64,000 bases of DNA from a virus. Taxonomy: Duplodnaviria; Caudoviricetes. The notes beneath the pieces are model-generated. The model saw nothing but the letters and a program-made list of their open reading frames with translations, searched no databases and had not been told where the DNA came from. The position numbers and the translations under genes are program-made. Of the stretch, positions 9,736 through 19,200 are shown piece by piece (position 1 is the first letter of the stretch; every line of letters starts with the position of its first letter). The DNA is taken from the IMG/VR virus record IMGVR_UViG_3300008954_000001. One strand, written 5' to 3'.

Positions 9736-10332
9736 ATGCTCTCCATTGTCTGCAAGCACTGGCAAATCAGTGCGGAGGAGTTCGGACGGATCTTCAATGT
9801 CCCCGAACCCGATGTGGAAAAGATCCTTTCAGGACAAGGGACTCTTCCCCACCACACCTACGAACGATTTACCCGTGTCATCCAAACAGCGGAGTCCATT
9901 ACGGGGGACGGGGATGTTGCTGCCGCTTTGCGCCAATACCAAGAGGACAACGGTCTGAACTTGGTAGATGTCGCTAACAAGTTGGGTATGGAACGGGATT
10001 CCGTTCGCCGTTGGGTTCGAGAAGAGGCCGCCCCAAAGCGCAACAGTCTTTTGAAGATTGCCGCTATGATCAACCAATCCCCTATCGAGGAAGAATGGAT
10101 GTATGAAATGGAAGGCTTTCGCCGCCATTCCAAGATCCTCGGCATCTCTCAAAGCTGGCTGGCGAAGCAGCTTGAGTCGAGCACTCCCACGGTAAACCAG
10201 TGGATCAATGGCAAGACCGTTCCTCGTAAGGCCACTATCGAGCGATGGCTTCCGTGGGTGCGGCGATTCAATGAGAACGCCAAGACTCTTTCAGAAGGGG
10301 TGTTGGACATCCCACCTAAAGACAACCAGTAG
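9736..10332 (+). CDS. Transcriptional regulator with three tandem XRE/Cro-like HTH domains
   Basis: Three HTH-like units: ISAEEFGRIFNVPEPDVEKILSG, LNLVDVANKLGMERDSVRRWVREE, ISQSWLAKQLESSTPTVNQWINGKTVP. ATG at 9736 with GAGG RBS. Confidence 0.75.
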   Translation: MLSIVCKHWQISAEEFGRIFNVPEPDVEKILSGQGTLPHHTYERFTRVIQTAESITGDGDVAAALRQYQEDNGLNLVDVANKLGMERDSVRRWVREEAAPKRNSLLKIAAMINQSPIEEEWMYEMEGFRRHSKILGISQSWLAKQLESSTPTVNQWINGKTVPRKATIERWLPWVRRFNENAKTLSEGVLDIPPKDNQ

Positions 10333-10600
10333 CGTAAGCGTGGTCGTATAAGCTGGTCACGTGCTGGTGAAGCCTTCTTTCCGAAGCTAACCAAGTCTGA
10401 AACTCTGACTCATGTTCTTGGCGGGTAATTGTACCTGCCTCGAACGCTTGGGTTGCCATACCCATCTGACCAGAAAGCCTGTCCCTTTCAGCTTGTACAG
10501 CTAAAATCTCCCCCACAAGGGGGCGGCAACGCTTTTCAAGAGCAGAGGTGTGAGCACACCCCACACAAGCAAGCAAGATGGACAGGAAGGCAATCCTCAT
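10316..10600 (-). CDS. Putative small lipoprotein
   Basis: From ATG 10600: MRIAFLSILLACVGC, a short basic/hydrophobic signal with lipobox-like Cys, followed by a helical coiled segment. Confidence 0.5.
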   Translation of the reverse strand: MRIAFLSILLACVGCAHTSALEKRCRPLVGEILAVQAERDRLSGQMGMATQAFEAGTITRQEHESEFQTWLASERRLHQHVTSLYDHAYATGCL

Positions 10601-10618
10601 ACTGGATTGTACCCACAC

Positions 10619-10661
10619 AAAAAAAGAAGCCCCCTCACACCACAAGGGCATGAGGGGGCTT
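10619..10661 (-). terminator. Rho-independent terminator after the major capsid gene
   Basis: 11-bp stem AAGCCCCCTCA/TGAGGGGGCTT followed on the minus strand by CTTTTTT, about 30 nt after the MCP stop. Confidence 0.85.
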
Positions 10662-10689
10662 GAATCTCGGTTTAGAACCGAAGCTCGAC

Positions 10690-11559
10690 TTAGCGAGTAA
10701 TGCTGAGTCGTGTCAACCCACGGGGGTTGAAGGCACCAAGTCCAAGGTTCTCGAACACGGAGAATCCGATAGTACGAGCCTTGGGATCATCGGCACTGAG
10801 CACGGTAAGCTCGGTACGAACCGGGATACGACCGAACATCTCTGGCTCACAGCAGACATAAGTCACGCCGTTAGGAACCAAACGAGACACGATCACCTGA
10901 GCACCCCAAAGGGTTCCCATGAGACCAGTCTTGAGGAGAGCCGCTTGGCTCTCGATGTCCAGAATGTCCCGACCAAACTTACGAAGGTCAGCATAGTCAC
11001 GAGCGTTCATGAACACACGAGCAACACGAAGGTCGTGACGCTCAATCAGGGCGAAAGCGTCAGCCAGCACGGAGCCACTAATCGGGGCAACGACGGACTG
11101 ATTCTGCTCAACCTGAATGGAGTCAAAACCATTGGAAGCAATGGTGTCAAGAACTGCGAATACTCGCTCATCTTCAGCGGCCTGGATCTGGGCACGGGCC
11201 AAGTCCTGAGCACGTTCAATGAGGTCGAATCGACGTTCCTTGATCTGGGTTAGTGGAATTTCGGGATTACTGGCGATCTCGAAAAGAGGGAAGATCACAC
11301 GACGAGGCTTGGTGACAGCGACGATATTCTCGCCTTCCTCACCAACCACATACGCAGTCACATCGGGGTCTTTATCGTAGATCGGCAAAGCACCATCCGG
11401 CAACTGCTCGACCAAAAAGGTCTTACGGCCAACGGCGGTGTAATCTCGACGGGTACGGAGCGGCTGTGTCATCGAAGCTGCGAGCTTGGCACGACCCTGA
11501 GGGGTCTTGATGTACTCACTGATGATACGCTGCTTTACGGCATTTGATACGTTCGACAT
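10690..11559 (-). CDS. Major capsid protein (HK97 fold, 289 aa)
   Basis: ATG 11559 with AGGAGG RBS (MSNVSNAVKQ...). Features fit HK97-fold MCPs (FEIASNPEIPLTQIKERRFDLIERAQ...EDERVF; VFMNARDYADLRK; GTLWGAQVIVS). Lies downstream of protease, scaffold and decoration genes and upstream of a strong terminator. Confidence 0.85.
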   Translation of the reverse strand: MSNVSNAVKQRIISEYIKTPQGRAKLAASMTQPLRTRRDYTAVGRKTFLVEQLPDGALPIYDKDPDVTAYVVGEEGENIVAVTKPRRVIFPLFEIASNPEIPLTQIKERRFDLIERAQDLARAQIQAAEDERVFAVLDTIASNGFDSIQVEQNQSVVAPISGSVLADAFALIERHDLRVARVFMNARDYADLRKFGRDILDIESQAALLKTGLMGTLWGAQVIVSRLVPNGVTYVCCEPEMFGRIPVRTELTVLSADDPKARTIGFSVFENLGLGAFNPRGLTRLSITR

Positions 11560-11569
11560 GATAACCTCC

Positions 11570-12187
11570 TTATACCCGCTGGTCGTAGACGATTTCGTCT
11601 TGGGTTGCGTCAGCAGGCATCTTGAGAACGCCGATAACGATATCCGTTGCGCCACCTGCACCAGCATAGCCATTGGCCTGAAGGTGCGAGTTGTTAGCAT
11701 CTGCAACATTCGTGAGATAGCCGTTCTGGGAAGCAACCAACTCTTCGCCACATGCGTAGGTCAAGTCGTCAGTCGTATCCAAGTTCTGCGTCTCAAAAAG
11801 TGCGTTTGCGTAACAGCCCTGTGCAGAAACATACGGTCCCTTACCACTGGCGGTGCCAGGGGTGTTCTCGAAACTGTTTCCGTTTGCGGTGTTAATGAAG
11901 CAACCGAGGGGAAGAGCCGTAGCGGTGGCCGAGGGGCCTCCGATTTGGTTCGATCCGCCGCCGCTGCCTGCGTCACGGGTGAAAGCTACGCTACCGCTCA
12001 GAACACCTAAAGTAGAGGTGTCGGTCTGATCGGAGATCGTAGCCGCTGTGGTAACGATTGGGGGGTTCGCCTGAGTGAAAGCATCGTCACAAAGTACACC
12101 AACGGTATTACGAACACCGATATGCAAAATGCGAAGAGCTGAACTACTCTCAGTGAAACCGCCACTCGCCTGTCCAAGTAGAGCCAT
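11570..12187 (-). CDS. Putative head decoration/cement protein
   Basis: 205-aa G/A/T-rich protein directly upstream of the MCP, AAGGAG RBS. Assignment rests on position and composition. Confidence 0.55.
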   Translation of the reverse strand: MALLGQASGGFTESSSALRILHIGVRNTVGVLCDDAFTQANPPIVTTAATISDQTDTSTLGVLSGSVAFTRDAGSGGGSNQIGGPSATATALPLGCFINTANGNSFENTPGTASGKGPYVSAQGCYANALFETQNLDTTDDLTYACGEELVASQNGYLTNVADANNSHLQANGYAGAGGATDIVIGVLKMPADATQDEIVYDQRV

Positions 12188-12326
12188 GATATTCTCCTTC
12201 TGGCTTTACTCCCTGTTCGGGAGGGTGGTTGAAAAACGCCCCAAAAAAATCTCTAAGGCGGTGCTCTTTCAAAAGGGACGAGCAGCCCCTATGTATAAGA
12301 CTCGCCTATTGACGGCCTATTGAACA

Positions 12327-12364
12327 AAAACCCCCCCGTTGCGAAAAAACAACGGGGGGGTTTT
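12327..12364. terminator. Rho-independent terminator (potentially bidirectional) after the scaffold gene
   Basis: AAAACCCCCCCGTTG-N8-CAACGGGGGGGTTTT perfect inverted repeat with A/T tails on both sides. Confidence 0.85.
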
Positions 12365-12390
12365 ACGAATCAAGGGATAATCAGCGACTT

Positions 12391-13602
12391 TTAGTTGCCG
12401 AAAACATCCGAGACATCAGGAGCCACCGCCCAGAGCTTCGAGAGATCGTTGACCTCTGAAGTTGCCTGTTTGGTAACCGTACCAAGAGACTTGGCACCCT
12501 TACTGGCCTTGCGAGCCTTGGGCTTCAAGTTGGCCTTTTTAGCCGAAGCCTGCTTCACAGCCGCTTCCTTGCCACCCTCGTCGTCACCTTCGTCGGCATC
12601 GGCATCGTCGTCACCTTCGTCGGCATCGTCGTCACCTTCATCCGCATCCTCATCGTCTGCGGTCTTGCCACCGAAAAGCTGTGCAAGAAGATCATCGTTG
12701 GCTTCGATCTGATCGCCAAGACCCATAGGATCTTCATCAGCAACCATCTCAAGGCCAATCTCTCCACCCATGTCGTCCATCGGAGCACCCATCGGAGCAC
12801 CGTCGTCTTCCAAGAGAGGAGCCTCTTCTTCAAGAGCCTCGTCAAGAGCGTCGGCTTCGGGAGCCAGCATTTCAGCCAACATCGCCTCAACTTCGTCATC
12901 ACCAGCTTCCAAGCCTTCGGGGGCTTCAGCTTCCATACCACAAGCCACAGGCTCGTCCTCTTCAGCGAAAAGGGTCGCTTCGGGTTCTGGCTCTGGCTCG
13001 CCTTCTTCGGCCAACATAGCGGCAAGCAGTTCCTCGGCTACCATATCAGCAGCGTCGGCTTCCTTGCCCCCATAACCAAGTTCAGGGTCGTTCTGAGCAC
13101 GGCTGTAGGCTTCCTTGTCATCCTCATCACCTTCATCATCGGCCAAAAAAGCGGCAGAAAGACGATCCATGGTGGCGTTGATGGCATCACGGGTCAGGTC
13201 CATAAAGTCTACGGCCTGATCTTCCACAGTCTCCGCAGTAGCGGCCTTACCTAAAAGGGCCTGTGCAATACGGATACACTTGGCAGCCTTACGCTCGGCA
13301 GCTTTACGCTGCATAGCGGCCTTCTTCTCGGAAGGTGCGGCACCCTTGGCATCAGCCTTCGCTGCGGGGTGATCGGGATCCCAGCCATACGAGGCGGGGG
13401 CCGGTCCCTGTGCGTAGGGGCCAGGTGCAACATCTTCAGCGAAGTCACTCGGCTCAGAGCCAGTACCGTTGCCGTCATTATCAATCAGATAATCATCGAC
13501 TTCGGGATCGGCCTTATGAGCAGGGTGCTCAGGCTCCCAGCCATAGGAGGCTGGAGGTTGTGCTGCATTACGTTGAGTCATTCGGATTCGGGATTTTGCC
13601 AT
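12391..13602 (-). CDS. Putative capsid scaffold protein (very acidic)
   Basis: 403 aa, D/E/A-rich with DEGDDDA repeats and a basic C-terminal stretch. Sits between the prohead protease and the decoration/MCP genes; AAGGAGG RBS. Confidence 0.65.
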   Translation of the reverse strand: MAKSRIRMTQRNAAQPPASYGWEPEHPAHKADPEVDDYLIDNDGNGTGSEPSDFAEDVAPGPYAQGPAPASYGWDPDHPAAKADAKGAAPSEKKAAMQRKAAERKAAKCIRIAQALLGKAATAETVEDQAVDFMDLTRDAINATMDRLSAAFLADDEGDEDDKEAYSRAQNDPELGYGGKEADAADMVAEELLAAMLAEEGEPEPEPEATLFAEEDEPVACGMEAEAPEGLEAGDDEVEAMLAEMLAPEADALDEALEEEAPLLEDDGAPMGAPMDDMGGEIGLEMVADEDPMGLGDQIEANDDLLAQLFGGKTADDEDADEGDDDADEGDDDADADEGDDEGGKEAAVKQASAKKANLKPKARKASKGAKSLGTVTKQATSEVNDLSKLWAVAPDVSDVFGN

Positions 13603-13630
13603 GGTAAAGTCCTCCTTGTAGGCGTTTTTG

Positions 13631-15019
13631 TTAATCCGTGTGCGAGATGAGCTTGCCCAGACGGACTAACGCCTTGGCTTCTGTCAAAGAGGGCTTACGT
13701 CCAAGTGCTCTCGTACATGCACTTAGATACCCAGTTAAATTGTCGTACTTCTTTGTTGAACCGAGTTTTAAGGCGGCTCGATAGATTTCCACAGGAAACA
13801 TGATTTTGTGATGGTTGTTATAGGTGGCTACCCGGTTGATAAGATCAGCAGGTTTCGTGGAAGTGTCTAAAATCGCTTGTAGTCCAATAAGATACGTCTG
13901 TTTATCTGCGCCACGGGCTTCCCGCTGAAGCGTATCGTTCGGGGCCATTGAAGAGTCGCCGTCCCCTTCGGGGGCACCCTCCAAGTCCTTTTCAATACGC
14001 TGACGAGCTTTGGAAAGAATCTTTCCAACAATCTTATCTTCCAGTTCTTGGAGTGGAGAAGCATCTTCCTCCCCACCCACCTCATCTGGAACATCAGGAT
14101 CATCCCAACCAGCGAAAACGAGTGAGGAGGCTGCGGCTTTCGCCAAGCCCCCATCGGCCCATTCTTTCGGGAGGGAAGATAATACTTCTTGAGCTTGCTT
14201 CTTCGCAGAATCGCTCATCTCCAACGGGGAGACAATATTTCGCATAACCGCACCCGCAAATGCGGGAGTTGCTACCCAACTGGCTTCGATGAAGGTCACT
14301 CCCCCTGTGGGATCAAGGGTTTGATGTCCACAGAGTTCAGCAATCCGATGTTGGCGGCCTTGATCATCAAAAAAGGTATTCCCCTTTTCGTATTTGATAT
14401 GACCACACATTTCGGTTTCATCGGCGGCAACATTTCCGCATTTTGTACATACGGTAAAGTCCACCGAACAGCCCATCGACATAGCTGCCATTCTGCCATT
14501 CTCAATCGCCTTTACTAAATCAGTGTGTTTGCGATTGGTGGCAATCAGAATGTCGATGTAAACGCTGTCCCCAATATCACGAGCAACCGCATCAATGATC
14601 CTGCCTTTCGACAGGTTTTCAATCTGAACATGCTCAACGAAGTTATGCGCCCCAATGAAAGTCTTGTAGGACTTCATTAGAACCTCACGGCTCCAAGCAT
14701 CCAGATTATTATTGATGAACTTATCGCAATCAGGAACGATCCTATAATCCGTATAGTTACGGACCACTTGTTGACCATCTTCTTGAGAAGACCCGACCTT
14801 TACTCCGGGGACATCTTCAACATCCACCGAGCAAACAATCGTCGCATGGGTCAAAAGGTGATCTTTGGGATCAAAGCTCGACCCAAGAAGCTCCGCCGCT
14901 CGTGCGGAAACCTTCGTAGCAAGTTCTGTGTCCTGTGCCGCTGTGCGAATCTTCTGCCAACTCTTCGGAGAGAGTTGTGGAGATACTACTTTCGCCTTCG
15001 CATACTTTAGAAAAGCCAT
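13631..15019 (-). CDS. Prohead (capsid maturation) protease with Cys-rich insert
   Basis: NFVEH (candidate His), MSMGC (candidate Ser) then CTKCGN...CGH, and FIEASWVATPAF. This pattern fits HK97/assemblin-fold prohead proteases; gene lies between portal and MCP. Confidence 0.75.
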   Translation of the reverse strand: MAFLKYAKAKVVSPQLSPKSWQKIRTAAQDTELATKVSARAAELLGSSFDPKDHLLTHATIVCSVDVEDVPGVKVGSSQEDGQQVVRNYTDYRIVPDCDKFINNNLDAWSREVLMKSYKTFIGAHNFVEHVQIENLSKGRIIDAVARDIGDSVYIDILIATNRKHTDLVKAIENGRMAAMSMGCSVDFTVCTKCGNVAADETEMCGHIKYEKGNTFFDDQGRQHRIAELCGHQTLDPTGGVTFIEASWVATPAFAGAVMRNIVSPLEMSDSAKKQAQEVLSSLPKEWADGGLAKAAASSLVFAGWDDPDVPDEVGGEEDASPLQELEDKIVGKILSKARQRIEKDLEGAPEGDGDSSMAPNDTLQREARGADKQTYLIGLQAILDTSTKPADLINRVATYNNHHKIMFPVEIYRAALKLGSTKKYDNLTGYLSACTRALGRKPSLTEAKALVRLGKLISHTD

Positions 15020-15020
15020 A

Positions 15021-15524
15021 CTATTCGCCCCCGTGCATGTGAATGTCCAAGTTCTTGATCAAGAACATGCAATTAGGACATGCGTATAGGTGCTCACTGG
15101 CACCTTCCCTACGCTTATAGATTGCTTTCTTCAAGCCACCCTCTTTGCATCGAGGACACCCGTAAACGCCCGAATCACACTCACTTTTCGTAGCGTGATA
15201 CTGGCGATCTTTGGTTTTCCAATACAAAGCAACCCTCTCTGGAGAGGCTGCGGCTTTTTTGGCGGGAACAGTACCTGCTCCGCCAGGAACAGAGTTGGTC
15301 TTCGGAGGTGCGAGCCAGATATCAGGGTTAGTCCGTTGCAGATCCTCAACAGGATACCGTGTGGCACCCCACGCAGTCTGCACATCAGCCATACCAATAG
15401 CGGGGTAGAGAGCCACAATGGTCCCTACGACATCCAAGCCATGTCCGAAAGGGACTACATAATCCCCTACGGCAAACTCAGTAGCCCGCTCTTGATAATG
15501 GGTTTGTCCGCTGGCCTGCTTCAC
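15021..15524 (-). CDS. Head-module protein with C-terminal zinc ribbon
   Basis: N-terminal SH3-like FAVGDYVVPF...GTIVALYP and C-terminal CPRC...CPNC. Coupled to neighbours by 1-8-nt gaps. Confidence 0.65.
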   Translation of the reverse strand: MKQASGQTHYQERATEFAVGDYVVPFGHGLDVVGTIVALYPAIGMADVQTAWGATRYPVEDLQRTNPDIWLAPPKTNSVPGGAGTVPAKKAAASPERVALYWKTKDRQYHATKSECDSGVYGCPRCKEGGLKKAIYKRREGASEHLYACPNCMFLIKNLDIHMHGGE

Positions 15525-15532
15525 GGGAACTC

Positions 15533-16114
15533 CTAAAGGGCATAACCGTGAGCGAAAGAGGCTTCCTTGCCACCTTCATCAGCGTCCTCATCATCCCCAT
15601 CGTCGCCTTCGTCAGCGTCTTCGTCGCCTTCGTCAGCGTCTTCGTCGTCACCAGCCAATCGGAGGAGGCTATTAGCAAGGTTGACCAAAGTTGCCTTCTT
15701 GTCGGCATCTTCTTCTTCCTCGTCATCAGCGTCCTTCTCGTCCTCATCCTCATCGGATGCCTTCAAGAGTTCAGCGACTTTTGCGGCGATCTCCTTTAGG
15801 GCTGCTTTGCCAAGACCACCACTCTCGACCATATTTCCAAGCTCATAAAGCTCATCCTGATGGGTCTTAGTGGCCATATAAGGCTCATCCGACTCGTGCT
15901 GAGTATCCACTTCCTGATTGAATTCCTTCTGAATGGAGTCAGACTCCTCATTGGAACGCTTCTCAACGAAGTCGGAAAGCAGATCGCATCGGTATGCGAA
16001 GTCCTTCGCAACATTGGTTGGAATACCAAGTGCTTTGTGGTCTGCCTCAAAGAGTTGGGCCAGACGGTCCAGATCGGCGGTAATAGCTTGTGCGGCTTCT
16101 TTTGTTAGGGCCAT
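15533..16114 (-). CDS. Acidic head-module protein (scaffold/internal protein-like)
   Basis: AGGAGG RBS. Acidic DEDADEG repeats ending in GGKEA, similar to the scaffold gene. Confidence 0.7.
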   Translation of the reverse strand: MALTKEAAQAITADLDRLAQLFEADHKALGIPTNVAKDFAYRCDLLSDFVEKRSNEESDSIQKEFNQEVDTQHESDEPYMATKTHQDELYELGNMVESGGLGKAALKEIAAKVAELLKASDEDEDEKDADDEEEEDADKKATLVNLANSLLRLAGDDEDADEGDEDADEGDDGDDEDADEGGKEASFAHGYAL

Positions 16115-16249
16115 GATGTATCCTCCTAAAAATTAGTTGTTCCCTAAAGGTCTACGCAGGAGAATACCCCTGCGAAAGATGGCTCACCTTTCACATGGGT
16201 AGCCCTCAATAAAAGGGCGGTGATATAGGAAAGCCATTGAACCGAGACT

Positions 16250-19200
16250 TCATTTATTTTCTTTCCGCCTTCCCCCGAATGGAGGGGGCGGGGGCGGAAG
16301 CGTCTTTTGTGACAATGCTTCGGCGTTGCCTGTGTCGGCGTGTTCCCGAACTTTATCCGCCAAAAGAAATAGGTCATCTGACAATTTCTCTTGGTCTTGC
16401 TTTTTTTCAGCGAAAATCGAGAGGACGGTGGCGGAAATACTTTTCCGAAGTGTCCCCCCAATGTCCTCCGGTGGCTCTTCTTCGTTGAGCAAATTGTCGT
16501 GAGCCTCTTTAATCAGACCTTTACACGCCTCTAAGTATGCGAAATCGCCCCCATCTTCCTCTTGTAAGCCTATTTCAGCGAGCAGGGGGGAGTACACTGT
16601 GATGCTATCCAACGCCATTGCCATCGCCCAATCTCGTAACGTCCCTCTTTCTTCTGGGTCATGTCCCAAAGGAACTCGGCCCGCCATGATCCCGGACGGG
16701 GTGGCCGAATCGAAGAAATCTTGAAACTGCTCGTCTGGAACTTCTTCCATGACTGCAAAAAAGACCTCACGACTCTCTTGGGTATGCCACTCTTGTAATG
16801 GGGTACATAAGGCGGCGTGGCCGTCCTCTGTTTCTGCCATCTTCCGAACAAACCGTTTGGTTTCTTTACTCGGAGACACCCCACCGGGGGATTCATGTCC
16901 TTTAAGGATCGCCGCTAAATGGTGACCCTCAATTCTGGCTTCAATCTCAGCGACTCGCTTTGACCTCTCAGGTAAAGTATCGGCCTCTGCTTCTAACGCC
17001 ATTACAAGCACTTGGCGGTCGTCCCCAGAATACTTCCGAGAATCTTCTATGGTTGAGGAAACCTGAGCGAAGCGAGCATCTTTTGTGAGTTCTGACTTAT
17101 CTTTAGGGTCTGAAAGGTCTTTAGCTGGGTTAAAGTAGGTTTTCTTGGCATATTCCGCACGGGCAAGGGCCTCCCCTATAAAAGCTGCGGGGGAACCCTC
17201 ATCCTCAAAAAACCTCTCTGCCGCATACTCCCCACTCAAAGCTGCCCGTGCATCGATGAGCTTCATAGGGTTTTGCTTCAACCCTTCGGTTTCAGCTTCA
17301 AAAGCGGCCTCGAAAGCTCCAAAGTCAAACGCTTCCGACAAGATTGCGTTTTCCTCCAACGCCTCCACCAAGTCTGGTAGCAAAGCCTCTAATCGAGAAG
17401 CCAACTCTTCACGAGACGCTAATTCTTCCTCAACGTGTTGTTTGTTTTTGACCCTTTGGGTTTCAATGACCTGTTCAGGAAATGTTTGTAAGAGGTCTAA
17501 ACCCTCTTCGGTAGACGGGTCTAAAGACACCTCATCTTTTGTTCCGTCCACATGATCAACCGTGATTGTGTATTTCCCATCAACGGGACCGGACACAGAC
17601 ACATCTGGCCTTGGAAAGTCTGTTTCGGGGTCATCAAACGCCTCTAAATCCAAAAGCCCTTTAAGCCCTTCTGGGATCGACTCTTCCGAATCGACCTTAG
17701 CTACCTCTGGCCCGTCCCCGATTTCTTCTTCTCCACCCCCGCCTTCATCGTCATCTTCTCCGGGGTCTTCGGCCAACCATGCTTCGGCTTCTTCTCGTGT
17801 TGAAAAGTGTTCGGTCTTATCCCCTTTAGTGGCTTTGAAGCCTTCGTCATCCCCCAACTCTTCAATCCCGTCAGCAGTCAGCCACCGTTGAGCAATTCGC
17901 TTATAGTTCATGCTCAAATCGTCATCGCCTTCAGCCCCAAGATCCTCAACGTCCGAATCTTCCGCATCCACACGCTCTTTTCGTAAGTCTTTGCGTGGGG
18001 GCTTCTTCTTCGGAGAGGGTCGCACAAGGCGGCCCGCTTCTTCGTCTTCTTTCTCAGCGAGAGTTTTTGTCGCTACCCTATGAAAGCGAACGGCGTTGAC
18101 CGCAGCGGATTCGTTGGTGAAGCGTTTAGGGGTGTTTGAATCTCCGGGGGAAGCCCACCACTCCTTACCGATTTGCCAAACAAATCCTTGGGGGATCATT
18201 CCTCCAATGTCATGAGAGCCTTTCGTAACGTCAGCAACGCCCCAATCGTGGACAGCCTTCACCGTTGTCGCTCTCGACAAGAGGTTCATCAACCATCGTT
18301 TCAAACCACCCATTTTCAGTGTTTCTTCATGAGGACACGGATACGAGCGATCTACAACACGCTCTATATTAGCCTGTCGATAAACACCTAAAAGAGCAGT
18401 GGGGTCGAGTTCCTTCCGAATTGAGCGAAGGGCTTGCGCTATCCATTGGGGGTCGGACTCCTCCAACCATGCCCGCTGAAGCAATCGAATACGATCCGCC
18501 ATCTGCGATAAATCTGTTTGGTTTGTTTCCCAAACCTCGTTGATTTTATCGAGCGTAACGGCCTCTTCTAAAAAGCCTTCGATAGTCAAAAAATGCTTCG
18601 CTATACAATCTGGACAGCGTTTGCGGGGATGAAAGAGGTGATCCTCCAATAAAACGCATTGTTTGACCACTTCTCGAAGGTTGAACCACGGCGACATAAT
18701 CGGAAGCAAACTGGCTAACCGCAACTTGTCTACTGAACGGCGAATCTCACTTTTCAACTGATTTGGGGATTTCAAAAGCTCCGGGTTCTCTAAAAGAACC
18801 AAGCGAGAAAGCTCCTGTACTCTTGGGAAAAAAGACTTCAAATCCTTTTTCTCAATGCCCTTCTCTTTCGCCAACATTGGCATGAAGCTCTTATCTTTGA
18901 TGGCATTACCGGGATTCTTCAAAGCCGAAACAAGATGGTCTTGCTCCTCACGGGTCATCTCAAACGCAATATCAGCAACCCGCTTACGGCCCGCCGCATC
19001 AAGAAATCCGAGATCGTGGCGAACGGGCAGGCCGAGGTCGGTCAACGTAAAGAAAAACTGAACTGGCAATTTCGCAGCCCTCCCTTTCATGGTGGCGGCA
19101 AACATCTTGTCCTTTTGAAGCATCACCTTCAGCGGCTCAATCAACCCCAAACGGTCAAGTTGGGCCAATGTTTGTTTCCACGTATTCTCTTCCAATAGCT

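Noticed and set aside
10690-11559. Encapsulin shell instead of a viral capsid
   Set aside because: Although a ferritin-like gene is nearby, portal, terminase, prohead protease and scaffold genes are in the same module, which indicates a true phage head.
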